Source of the DNA: an uncultured Thermoproteaceae archaeon
Lineage (GTDB): Archaea; Thermoproteota; Thermoprotei; Thermoproteales; Thermocladiaceae
Direction: 5' to 3'
DNA: 64,000 bases
Assembly: GCA_964575955.1 (NCBI GenBank)
Contig: CAZNTG010000007.1
Location: 1-64,000 of the forward strand
In this document: one piece after another, positions 10,734 through 19,976 of the stretch
Layout of the letters: each line of letters opens with the position of its first letter
Position numbering within the stretch: the first letter of the stretch is position 1
The notes under the pieces: model-generated
Databases searched by the model: none
Told to the model about the DNA's origin: nothing
What the model saw: only the letters and a program-made list of their open reading frames with translations
Program-made: the position numbers and the translations under genes

Positions 10734-11876
10734 TTGGGATCTCTCATTGTGGCTCAAGATCAAGCATTTACAGTTACTCCATGGGAAGTTAAGGGTAAGG
10801 TAGATTATAGAAGATTAGCAGAGCAGTTTGGTGTTAAGTTACTAACTGAGGAAGATGTTAAAATGATTGAAAAACTTGCAGGTGATAGTCATCATCTGTT
10901 ACGTAGAGGATTCTTCTATGCACATAGAGGTCTTGAGAATATAATTGAGAGAATTGTAAATAGGAAGAGATGGGCATTATATACAGGTCGTGGTCCTAGT
11001 GCAGATCTACATCTTGGACATATACTTCCATGGATGTTTACTAAATGGCTTTGTGATAGATTTAATGTAGAGCTATTTTTTGAGATGACTGATGATGAGA
11101 AGTTTCTTGTTCGTGATCTTCCATTAGAGGAAGCTAACAGGTATGCTTATGATAATGCGTTGACATTGATAGCTCTTGGATTTAGACCAGATCAACTTCA
11201 CCTAATTATTGATACTGAAGATATAAGATATCTATATAAGATTGCTGTTAAAGTTGCTAAATGTTTAACACTTTCAACTGTTAAGCACACATTCGGATTT
11301 ACAGATTCTACAAATGTTGGTGCAGCATTCTTCCCAACATTACAGATTGCAGTTGCATTTCTACCAACTGAGCTATATGGTGAGGAGTGTCCTGTACTTA
11401 TACCTGCAGGTATTGATCAAGATCCATACTTCAGACTTGCTAGAGATATTGCTGATAGACTTGGATATCCAAAACCCTGTACTCTATATTGTAAGTTTGT
11501 TCCCGCACTTACAGGTGAGGAGAAGATGAGTGCTTCAAGACCTGAAACTGCCATATACATTCTAGATGATGACAATACTGTGAAGAGGAAGATTATGAAT
11601 GCACTTACAGGTGGTCAACCTACAAAAGAACTTCAAAGAAAGCTTGGTGGTAATCCTGATGTGTGTGTTGTATATAAGTACTTTATGGCATATGTTGAAG
11701 ATGATTCTGTAGTATCTAAGATATATGCTGACTGTAAGTCTGGAAATATACTATGTGGTGAATGTAAGAAAATACTCTACGAATATATAGTGAAGCTTCT
11801 ACACGATATTAGAGATCGTAGAGAGAAGGCTAGAGATGTAATTGAAAGTTATAGAATCTCAAGCAAGTTTAGGTAA
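10734..11876 (+). CDS. trpS: tryptophanyl-tRNA synthetase
   Basis: VTPW, LYTGRGPS, HLGH, GIDQDPYFR, KMSAS. Confidence 0.97.
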   Translation: MGSLIVAQDQAFTVTPWEVKGKVDYRRLAEQFGVKLLTEEDVKMIEKLAGDSHHLLRRGFFYAHRGLENIIERIVNRKRWALYTGRGPSADLHLGHILPWMFTKWLCDRFNVELFFEMTDDEKFLVRDLPLEEANRYAYDNALTLIALGFRPDQLHLIIDTEDIRYLYKIAVKVAKCLTLSTVKHTFGFTDSTNVGAAFFPTLQIAVAFLPTELYGEECPVLIPAGIDQDPYFRLARDIADRLGYPKPCTLYCKFVPALTGEEKMSASRPETAIYILDDDNTVKRKIMNALTGGQPTKELQRKLGGNPDVCVVYKYFMAYVEDDSVVSKIYADCKSGNILCGECKKILYEYIVKLLHDIRDRREKARDVIESYRISSKFR

Positions 11877-12030
11877 GAAATTAGGTAAGAAAAGAGTTTA
11901 AACTTTTTCAAACAGGAATTAATTAGACATGTAAAATCTCAAAAACCTTAAGTTAAAGAGTATGGTCTTGCTCCTGATTACTGTGTAAATAATGAGATGG
12001 ATTTATATTGTTATGATATAGAATGATACC

Positions 12031-12228
12031 ATGCCAATCGACTTAACTCCCTATCTAGAACGTGAATATGAGGTAGACTGTGATGGTCAGATAATGAAGC
12101 TTAAGCCTGTAAAGGCATGGGTACTTGCACCAAAGGGTAGGAAGGGGGTCATAATAGGACTCTTCAAATGTCCAAACGGTAAGACTGTTAGAAAGGCTCT
12201 TGGAAAGACTGAACAACCTGTAGAGTAG
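12031..12228 (+). CDS. cren7: chromatin protein Cren7
   Basis: [28 protein letters not shown] signature. Confidence 0.92.
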   Translation: MPIDLTPYLEREYEVDCDGQIMKLKPVKAWVLAPKGRKGVIIGLFKCPNGKTVRKALGKTEQPVE

Positions 12229-12288
12229 TTTAAACTAAAACAAAATCTCTTAGGTTAAAAATATATACTATACAGTCTTTTCTACTAG

Positions 12289-12930
12289 ATGACAAAGATT
12301 ACGAAAGTTGAAAAAATTGAATTACCAACATATCTATACGTGTATGACATACTCTGTGATCCATTCCTAATATCGTGGATTCTACATGAAGATAATAGTA
12401 GTAGAACTGTTCAAAAACTTGTAGATAGTAAGATATGGCCTGCATATATTATAGGTTTTAGAAGAATATTCAAAGCGTATTCAAAAAAGTTTGGATTAAT
12501 ATTGACATTAGAATATACAGGTAGTAGAGTAGATGAAGTATGGGGAATGGTTATTGAGATAGATAATGAGGATGAGCTTAGCAAGATATTGAAACTTTAT
12601 GAAGATACAGAACTTGAGTATTACCATATAGATGACATATACTACACAGATGGATCAGTATCAGAAGGATACTTTATAAAGCCTAGAGAAATTGAAGGTA
12701 TGAATATGGAACTTCCACACTGCATATACATATCTAAGATATGTAATGCAGCAAACTTCTGGGATAGAAGAGTTAGAGGATATAAATGGAAATTTTTCAA
12801 AAATATATACAACATAGATGGAATACCAATACTAGCAACATCTTGTAGATGTGTATTAACAGACTATAAAGGAGAGATACATGAAATACAATGCAACTGT
12901 GAACCAGATGGACTCATATGCAAAATATGA
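12289..12930 (+). CDS. divergent gamma-glutamylcyclotransferase-like protein
   Basis: LYVYD.L, PAYIIGFRRIF, VWGMV resemble the GGCT/AIG2 fold; N-terminal YGS motif is degenerate. Confidence 0.45.
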   Translation: MTKITKVEKIELPTYLYVYDILCDPFLISWILHEDNSSRTVQKLVDSKIWPAYIIGFRRIFKAYSKKFGLILTLEYTGSRVDEVWGMVIEIDNEDELSKILKLYEDTELEYYHIDDIYYTDGSVSEGYFIKPREIEGMNMELPHCIYISKICNAANFWDRRVRGYKWKFFKNIYNIDGIPILATSCRCVLTDYKGEIHEIQCNCEPDGLICKI

Positions 12931-12968
12931 AATAATCAATATAAATCAATACATGAAAATACTAGTAG

Positions 12969-13018
12969 ATGATTAAATCGCCAGTGGGCTGAAAAGTGAT
13001 GACCGGCAAAACCGATGA
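12969..13018 (+). ncRNA. box C/D guide sRNA (targets unassigned)
   Basis: ATGATTA-AATCGCCAGTGGG-CTGA-AAA-GTGATGA-CCGGCAAAACCG-ATGA; GC-rich 12-13 nt guides in an AT-rich spacer. Confidence 0.75.
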
Positions 13019-13059
13019 TCTTAAAAATTAAAATTCCAAATCATTGAGTAGAGAAGATA

Positions 13060-13147
13060 GCGGGGGTGCCCGAGCCTGGTCAAAGGGGGCGGGTTCAGGT
13101 CCCGCTGGCGTAGGCCTGCGTGGGTTCAAATCCCACCCCCCGCACCA
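13060..13147 (+). tRNA. tRNA-Leu(CAG), CCA encoded
   Basis: Cloverleaf with long variable arm; anticodon stem GCGGG/CCCGC, loop TTCAGGT. Confidence 0.96.
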
Positions 13148-13152
13148 GACTG

Positions 13153-14022
13153 TCATATGCTTACAATAGCTATGCTAAGTCCTGTTAGTATTCCTGCAAT
13201 TATGTACTTAATCTTCGACTTCTCCTTCTCTACAAATGTGGCAAATATCTGTGAAAGTGATGGTATTGAACCTGTCACTATTACTGTCGGTCCTACACCT
13301 ATAGTTGCTATCGATAGTACAAATAGGTATGATCCTAATGCTAAGTCTAGAATTCCAATTAATGCTAAAGTTATGTAGTTTAGTATATCAACATCCTTAC
13401 TGTATTTATACACATTTTCAATCATTATCTTCTTAATTGGTTTATACAGTATTGTTAATGTTGTAAATCCTGCTAATGCTCTTATGAATGTTATCTCTAG
13501 AGGATTTATTAGTTTTGTTGCAGGTTTTATAATTACCTGACCAAAACTCCAAAATATACATGTTAAAAATGCTAATAATATTCCCAATATTCTAGCTCTA
13601 CTATTAACATCATTACTCTTCTCTAACGTTATTAATAGTATGCTTATTATCGCTATTATTGATGCTATTATCTTATTTATTGTAAGTTCTTCACCGTATA
13701 GTATAGCTATGAATTGTACAAGTATTACATATAGATATGCTATGGGTGCTGCTACTGATACTCCTACTAGTGTTGAACTGTATATGTATGCTGTATCTCC
13801 TATAGCAAGTGCAAATATTCCACTCAATGCTGCATATAGTACTCCTCTATTAATTGTTGTGTAGTTTAGTATTACACATAGTAATGCTAATACTGTGCTT
13901 GCACTTAGAAGTCTAACTATATTTACTTTTAAGACAGGTATTCTTCTACTAATCTTCTTATACAATACAATGCTTAATGACCATATTATACATGTTATTA
14001 ATGCTGGTAAAATGTTTAACAT
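13153..14022 (-). CDS. EamA/DMT-family transporter
   Basis: About 10 hydrophobic helices in two repeats, GVS.A.PI and GE motifs. Confidence 0.85.
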   Translation of the reverse strand: MLNILPALITCIIWSLSIVLYKKISRRIPVLKVNIVRLLSASTVLALLCVILNYTTINRGVLYAALSGIFALAIGDTAYIYSSTLVGVSVAAPIAYLYVILVQFIAILYGEELTINKIIASIIAIISILLITLEKSNDVNSRARILGILLAFLTCIFWSFGQVIIKPATKLINPLEITFIRALAGFTTLTILYKPIKKIMIENVYKYSKDVDILNYITLALIGILDLALGSYLFVLSIATIGVGPTVIVTGSIPSLSQIFATFVEKEKSKIKYIIAGILTGLSIAIVSI

Positions 14023-14024
14023 TT

Positions 14025-15320
14025 CTATCTTTTTCTTCTCTTAATAACTTTGACTTCCTCTTTTGGAAATTCTATATTCAATATCTTCTCTATAGTCTCC
14101 ACGTTATATCCAAGTTTTATAAGTGCTTCAACAAAATCTTTAGCAAATTTCTTATCATGTTTTATTAAGAATCTTATTAGTGGTATGTACTCTGTTGTTA
14201 TTACTCTAGAACTTGTATGAAACGTTAATCTTAACCTATTTATAAATGCTTCACGTTGTTCTCTAATTTCTTTAGTCTTTGCAAGTATTAGTAATTTTTG
14301 TGGAAATTGAAATCTTATAAATCTTGGAAGTGTTGGTTTATCTTTCACAAGAGCTATACCTCCAACCATGAGCTCTGTCATATATGGCATTAATTCCCAT
14401 TCCTGTGTTCTCAATATTCTACCTCTAAACATGTCTGCAAGTGATAAATTGTCATACGCGTCTGCCATTGCTGTTGGACTTTTCTCATATACTATAGCGA
14501 CATTCTCACTAGCCCATGGGAAGAATGCTTCCCAATCAAAGCTTGGTAGGAATGTTATTTGTCTAATTTCGTCAATTCTCTTAATTCTAAATGCTCTATC
14601 CATTATTCTAAACATGTCGTATTGATGTGCTCTATCTGAAAGTCTAAGTACATCTTCTTTAGTGAGTACCTTCTTTCCCTGTGCAACACTTTGTAAATCA
14701 TTTATTGCAGCTCTAAGATCACCTCCTGAAGATTTTGCAATTATTCTCAAAGCCTCTTCTTCACATTTAATACCTTCAGCATTACATATCCTTCTAAGTA
14801 CTGTAATAATATCATCCTCGCTTAATGGTCTTACCTGTATTACTTCTGCAATATCTCTCAACTGTTTAAATTTTGGATCCCATGGATTGTTAGCAGTCAT
14901 TATTATTGGCCATCTAGTCTCTTCAACAAGTTCTACAATAGCTGTTAATCCACCTCTATCTTCTCTAGCATGAATACCATCAACCTCATCTAGAAGTATT
15001 AATCTACCTCTAAAACCAAATAGTGATTGTTCTCTCATAGCTTTACCAACAATCTGTCTAAGTCTCTCACCTGTACGTACATCACTAGCATTAAGTTCAA
15101 GAACTTCAAGACCAAATTCATTGGCAAGAGCATGTGCTAGAGTTGTCTTACCAACACCAGGAGGACCTACGAGCAGTATTGCCTTCTTCTCAGGAATTTT
15201 ACCACTAAGCCACTGTTTTAACCATTCGACAACTCTCCTCTTAACATCTTCAAGATTAACAATCTCACTAAGTCTTCTAGGTCTATACTTCTCAACCCAT
15301 AGAACAGACCTATACCTCAT
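14025..15320 (-). CDS. rfcL: replication factor C large subunit
   Basis: WVEKYRP, GPPGVGKT, ELNASD, LDEVDG, GDLRAAIN; true start at 15320 because the upstream ORF extension overlaps a C/D sRNA. Confidence 0.95.
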   Translation of the reverse strand: MRYRSVLWVEKYRPRRLSEIVNLEDVKRRVVEWLKQWLSGKIPEKKAILLVGPPGVGKTTLAHALANEFGLEVLELNASDVRTGERLRQIVGKAMREQSLFGFRGRLILLDEVDGIHAREDRGGLTAIVELVEETRWPIIMTANNPWDPKFKQLRDIAEVIQVRPLSEDDIITVLRRICNAEGIKCEEEALRIIAKSSGGDLRAAINDLQSVAQGKKVLTKEDVLRLSDRAHQYDMFRIMDRAFRIKRIDEIRQITFLPSFDWEAFFPWASENVAIVYEKSPTAMADAYDNLSLADMFRGRILRTQEWELMPYMTELMVGGIALVKDKPTLPRFIRFQFPQKLLILAKTKEIREQREAFINRLRLTFHTSSRVITTEYIPLIRFLIKHDKKFAKDFVEALIKLGYNVETIEKILNIEFPKEEVKVIKRRKR

Positions 15321-15365
15321 TATAACGCTAAGAATATATCTTAACAAGTAATAAAGATATCTCAA

Positions 15366-15412
15366 ATGATGAAGAGGGAATACTGAGACGTGAAGAAACC
15401 TCGTTGAGCTGA
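15366..15412 (+). ncRNA. box C/D guide sRNA (D guide probably 23S rRNA)
   Basis: ATGATGA-AGAGGGAATA-CTGA-GAC-GTGAAGA-AACCTCGTTGAG-CTGA; D guide complementary to recalled 23S TCAACGAGGT. Confidence 0.88.
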
Positions 15413-15464
15413 GATATACAGTATCGATAGTATTGAACAAAAATTATGTAGAGTATACCTAATA

Positions 15465-16784
15465 GTGGGGAGATGTATGATCGTTATGTCATACTCTATA
15501 AATTGTGAAGATTATGGTCTAAAGCTAGATGTTGATATTAGAGATGGAAAGTACAGATACTCCATAATTCTACCTGAAGTTGATACTAGAGAGAGAAGAG
15601 AAATTGAGAAATTTTTACAGAAGTCTGATATAAAATCTATATTAGAAATCTTAAATTCAATACCAAGAAACTTGAGAGGTTATGTTATAGTTAACACATT
15701 TTCAAATCTTATAGGTCCAGTATTTGATAATAACGTAGTATCTATTAGATATTCAACAAATTATAGATATGTCGAACATATTTTAGCTGGAAATCTCATA
15801 CTAGATCCTAAACCTCTAAAGCAAGATGTTATAAAACTATCATCAGCATTACAGGATATTGTTGGTAAATCATTAACTTGGAGAAATCCAACTGTTAATA
15901 CTTATATAGAACTTTTTGATAGAATATGTAGAGTATATCTATGTAGAGGAGATATAGATATATCTAGAAGTTGGTATATACATTTGAAATTTTATAGAAA
16001 AATACCTAGAAGTATTGTAGATTTGATAAAGCAGGAATTTATAACTATAGATTTAGCAACACTACTATCAACACTTGTAAGTTATAGAGGAGGACCAAGT
16101 ATTCTAGTATCAGGATTTTCAAAGAGTAGAAAGTTAGAACTTATAGCATCATTAATATGTTTCTTTCCTCAAAATAGTACTGTCGCTATACTACAGGAAG
16201 AACCCGAAATAAATATTGAAGATATTTCAAGTATGTATATAGAAAGTTACTATACTAGAAAGGTAGGTATTGAAGAGATATCTATAATAGACTTAATGAA
16301 GAATATCATAGGTAGAGAGTACGACAAAGTTATTATTGATGAAATTAAAGATAGTGAACATATAGACATGTTTCTAAAAGTTTGTGAGTATTGTCTTCAA
16401 GCATTATCAACTATAAATACGAAAAGTGTAGATTTAACATTGAGAAAAATGTTAAGTGATGTAGATCGTGATAGAGTTAGTTTATCTAATATTAAAATTA
16501 TTGTTGAGGTTAGTCTTCCACGTGAAAGACCTGTTGTTAAGCGTGTATACTATGTAGATATTTTGAGGAATGTTAGAGAAGTTGTATATGATAGAGTATG
16601 TGGAATTAAGTTAGATGTTCTTGATAAGATTTTTAGAGATTTGTCAGATATGTGTGGAGTTGAGAAGAGTGAAGTATTGATGAGGTATAAGGTTATTGAG
16701 AGTTTTCTATATGAATGTCTTAAGAATAATGTTGTTGATTTCTTAACTGTGCGTGAGAAGTTTCTTGAAAGTTTAGGATATTAG
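15465..16784 (+). CDS. VirB11/CpaF (type II/IV secretion) ATPase homologue with degenerate Walker A
   Basis: SILVSGFSKSRK (Walker A position), ILQEEPEI (Asp box), ISIIDLMKN..R..DKVIIDEIKD (Walker B), LSTIN (His box lost). Confidence 0.7.
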   Translation: MGRCMIVMSYSINCEDYGLKLDVDIRDGKYRYSIILPEVDTRERREIEKFLQKSDIKSILEILNSIPRNLRGYVIVNTFSNLIGPVFDNNVVSIRYSTNYRYVEHILAGNLILDPKPLKQDVIKLSSALQDIVGKSLTWRNPTVNTYIELFDRICRVYLCRGDIDISRSWYIHLKFYRKIPRSIVDLIKQEFITIDLATLLSTLVSYRGGPSILVSGFSKSRKLELIASLICFFPQNSTVAILQEEPEINIEDISSMYIESYYTRKVGIEEISIIDLMKNIIGREYDKVIIDEIKDSEHIDMFLKVCEYCLQALSTINTKSVDLTLRKMLSDVDRDRVSLSNIKIIVEVSLPRERPVVKRVYYVDILRNVREVVYDRVCGIKLDVLDKIFRDLSDMCGVEKSEVLMRYKVIESFLYECLKNNVVDFLTVREKFLESLGY

Positions 16785-16789
16785 TTTGA

Positions 16790-16842
16790 TCAGTTTGGTG
16801 TAGCTTCTTCACATGACTTCCGACCGGTCCAACCATCATCAT
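16790..16842 (-). ncRNA. box C/D guide sRNA (probably tRNA D-arm)
   Basis: Minus strand ATGATGA-TGGTTGGACCGGT-CGGA-..-GTGAAGA-AGCTACACCAAA-CTGA; box C overlaps the stop codon of the upstream gene. Confidence 0.82.
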
Positions 16843-17537
16843 TCTAATCTTTGTCTATTCTTTTCATAGTATGCGATTATTCTTTTATATATTTCTGGTA
16901 CCTTATCTCTAGTTCTTGGATTTTTTGGTACTCCAATAGCTATTACGTATAGTGGTTTCTCATTTGGTTCTGTACATACTAGCTCTCTAATTTCATCATC
17001 GTAGAATGCTCCTATTGCAACAGCTCCAAGGCCCATTCCTGTAGCTTGTAGATATATGTTTTGCCCTGCATGTCCAACTTCAAACATTACGTACTGTATT
17101 CCTCTAGTTCCATAGTATGAGCATGTTCTTTCAAATACTGCTGTTATTACTATATTCACAGCTGCATCATAGACCCATCTTTGATCTAGACATGCATGAT
17201 ATATGTGTGTTCTATAATCACCACTCTTAACTAATAATAATGAATGTGTTTCAACAATGTACTTATACACTCCTGGTTCTAGATTTTTAACACCTCCAGG
17301 TGGAACTACTGCATATATATTTAATGGATATGCTGCTCCAGCACTTGGACATGTTCTAAATCCATGTACTGGCTCTGATATTCCTTGTGCAGACCAGAGT
17401 AGTTGACTTAACATTTCTAAACTTATTGATGCACCTCTGATGAAATCTCTAATACTTCTCCTCAGTAGTATAGCCTCTTCTAGAGTTAGTATACCAGAAA
17501 TCTTTGGATATGGTAAGTGTATTACTTTCCTATTCAT
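16839..17537 (-). CDS. SagB/ThcOx-family FMN nitroreductase
   Basis: RRSIRDF, LLWSAQG, RTCPSAGA.YP, EVGHAGQNIYL, IGAFYD. Confidence 0.92.
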   Translation of the reverse strand: MNRKVIHLPYPKISGILTLEEAILLRRSIRDFIRGASISLEMLSQLLWSAQGISEPVHGFRTCPSAGAAYPLNIYAVVPPGGVKNLEPGVYKYIVETHSLLLVKSGDYRTHIYHACLDQRWVYDAAVNIVITAVFERTCSYYGTRGIQYVMFEVGHAGQNIYLQATGMGLGAVAIGAFYDDEIRELVCTEPNEKPLYVIAIGVPKNPRTRDKVPEIYKRIIAYYEKNRQRLE

Positions 17538-17580
17538 ACCTTATCAAAGAGCATAGAGTATTTAGAGGAATAATATTGAA

Positions 17581-18009
17581 CTAACGATGCAATACTTGCA
17601 CAATAGCTTTCTCAACATCTTCAGGTCTTACAGGACATCCAGTTACGTATATTTTTGATCTATATTTAACATCTATACCTCTAGCTTTCAATTCTTCAAT
17701 AATGTAATCCCAGCCTCCTGTAACCATGTAAGAGTCATACCAGATACCTCCACCACATGCACATGAGCCTAATATTATGACATCTCCAAAATTTATTCTT
17801 CCAAATCTCTTAATACTATTTAAAATTCTACAGAAATTACCTAAAGTTCCAGGACCTGTAACTATCGTTATATCATATTCATCATGTTCAATATTGTGAT
17901 CAGGTCTTTCTAAACTGATACCTCTCTCTTCAAGTCTAAATACTCCAGCTAGAAGTTCAATATCACAACCATTACATCCTCCAAGATTTAGATATAGTAT
18001 CTTCACCAT
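17581..18009 (-). CDS. group 4 [NiFe]-hydrogenase small subunit (HycG/NuoB-like)
   Basis: GGCNGCDIE, VTGP, GSCACGGG, GCPVRPE. Confidence 0.9.
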   Translation of the reverse strand: MVKILYLNLGGCNGCDIELLAGVFRLEERGISLERPDHNIEHDEYDITIVTGPGTLGNFCRILNSIKRFGRINFGDVIILGSCACGGGIWYDSYMVTGGWDYIIEELKARGIDVKYRSKIYVTGCPVRPEDVEKAIVQVLHR

Positions 18010-18012
18010 ACT

Positions 18013-18405
18013 TTACACCTTTCCAAATTTTTCAAAGGTAGATAATTTTTTAAACTTACATTTTTCACATCTAATCTCAGTCTTTACCTTATCTTTCAGA
18101 AATTCTAAAACATTCTCAGAATAGTTCATTAATCTTCCGCATACACATTTTGCAATATCTATCTCATGTATTATATACATATCCTCAACCATATTTGCAA
18201 TATAGGAATACTCACTCCCAATTGATAATGCTCCAGTTGGACAATTATCAACACAGTAGCAACATCTTATACATCTTGCAAGATTTAGTATCCACACAAC
18301 TTTATTAGTAGAATATTTCACAACTATTGAATCTGTAGGACATTTTTGACTACATGCATCACATCCAATACATTTAGATACGTCATGTGTAGGATAGCCT
18401 CTCAT
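18013..18405 (-). CDS. 2x[4Fe-4S] hydrogenase subunit (HycF/NuoI-like)
   Basis: RGYP..D..KCIGCDACSQKCP; RCIRCCYCVDNCPTGAL; C-terminal CxC..CxxC. Confidence 0.88.
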   Translation of the reverse strand: MRGYPTHDVSKCIGCDACSQKCPTDSIVVKYSTNKVVWILNLARCIRCCYCVDNCPTGALSIGSEYSYIANMVEDMYIIHEIDIAKCVCGRLMNYSENVLEFLKDKVKTEIRCEKCKFKKLSTFEKFGKV

Positions 18406-19976
18406 ACTCTCACCATGACTAGCCTATCAGTACATGATAGACATGGATCTAGACTTGCAATAATTATTGGGGCTTTATCAATGCTCTCACCAATCAAGAT
18501 TCTTCTTAAAACTGCAAGATTAGCATATGTTGGTGCTCTAACTTTCCATCTATACAGCTTCATGTCATGTCCAGTAATTATGAAATGCACATTTTCGCCT
18601 CTTGGAGCTTCTGTTAAACCTACACCTACCTTACCTGGAGATACTTCATATTCAACTTTTAAATCGCCTTTAATTATTTCATCTCTCTTAAATATTTGAT
18701 CAACAATCTTAATACTTTCATAAGATTCTCTAATTCTAACTACAGCTCTCGCATATGTGTCACCACTATCCATAACAGGAACTTCAAAATCTACATCTCT
18801 ATATGCTGCATATGGTACATACTTTCTAACATCATAATCTATTCCTGATGCTCTAAGTACAGGGCCTACAGCTCCAAGTTTATGTGCATCTTCTTTCGGA
18901 AGTATTCCAATATTTTTCAAACTATTTAATTCTTCACATTTTTCAAAATCTTCTAATACTTTACGTGCATTTACTTTAAATTCTTCAAATATTTTAACAC
19001 ACTTATCTACCTGTTCTTTAGTAAATCCAAATCTAACACCACCAACGATGTTTAATCCATACATCTTTCTATTACCTACAAGAATTTCACAAATATTCAT
19101 TATGTATTCTCTAACTTTTAATAATTTTACAAAATATTCTCTAAGCTTTATTGCATATGCTATAAGTGCTAGTATTAGTAGATGACTTTCAAGTCTTTCA
19201 AGTTCTAACATTAACGTTCTTTCAAATCTAGCTCTTTCAGGTATTTCAATCTTTAAAGCATTTTCAACTGCTTGACAATATGCTGTTGAATGTGTAAATC
19301 CACAAATTCCACATATTCTCTCAGCTATGAATGGTATTTGATCGATATTTAGTCTAGTCTCTCCAATCTTTTCAATTCCTCTAGTTATGTAAGATCCTAT
19401 ATATTGAACATCTACAATCTTACCATTCTCAACCTTAGCTAAGAAATCTTCATGCTCATAGAAGAATGGGTGATGTGGATCAATTTCAACATAGTCTCTA
19501 GGTCTCTCAATTTCACAAGTAGCAACTCTTGAGAGTTTATAATTGTATGGATATGTCTTTCTTAGAGGTCTAATCTCTCTAGAAATTCCCCAATGAAGTA
19601 TAAATCTATACTTATCAATATCATCACCTACACAAGCTTTCAATCCTAGTAAATCCATAGTTTCACATTCACACCATGTTGCTGCAGGTACAGCTCTATG
19701 TACAGGTTTTACACACTCTCCTGAGCTAAGCTTTGTTTCTACAACTATCTTCTTATCTTTAAGTACTAGTATGTAGTATAGTGAAAATCCTGATGTTTCA
19801 ATACCTGACAAATCTACTCCTAAGCATGTACTAAAGTGTGCATTTTTATCGATTACTAGACATTTAATAACATCGTCTACATGTTCTCTATCAACTTGTA
19901 CAATTAGTGTATCTCTAGATATTTGTCTAATACTATCCTTATCAATACCACACTCTACAAGTTTGTCTATGACCAT
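18402..19976 (-). CDS. group 4 [NiFe]-hydrogenase large subunit (HycE-type NuoC+NuoD fusion)
   Basis: L1 ERICGICG and L2 DPCLSC Ni-binding motifs, EAPRGE, RWKVRAPTYAN, short tail after DR. Confidence 0.92.
   Translation of the reverse strand: MVIDKLVECGIDKDSIRQISRDTLIVQVDREHVDDVIKCLVIDKNAHFSTCLGVDLSGIETSGFSLYYILVLKDKKIVVETKLSSGECVKPVHRAVPAATWCECETMDLLGLKACVGDDIDKYRFILHWGISREIRPLRKTYPYNYKLSRVATCEIERPRDYVEIDPHHPFFYEHEDFLAKVENGKIVDVQYIGSYITRGIEKIGETRLNIDQIPFIAERICGICGFTHSTAYCQAVENALKIEIPERARFERTLMLELERLESHLLILALIAYAIKLREYFVKLLKVREYIMNICEILVGNRKMYGLNIVGGVRFGFTKEQVDKCVKIFEEFKVNARKVLEDFEKCEELNSLKNIGILPKEDAHKLGAVGPVLRASGIDYDVRKYVPYAAYRDVDFEVPVMDSGDTYARAVVRIRESYESIKIVDQIFKRDEIIKGDLKVEYEVSPGKVGVGLTEAPRGENVHFIITGHDMKLYRWKVRAPTYANLAVLRRILIGESIDKAPIIIASLDPCLSCTDRLVMVRV

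Noticed and set aside
15321-15440. 40-aa N-terminal extension of RFC-L in the ORF track
   Set aside because: Antisense to a C/D sRNA and promoter; the family starts near WVEKYRP, so the start is 15320
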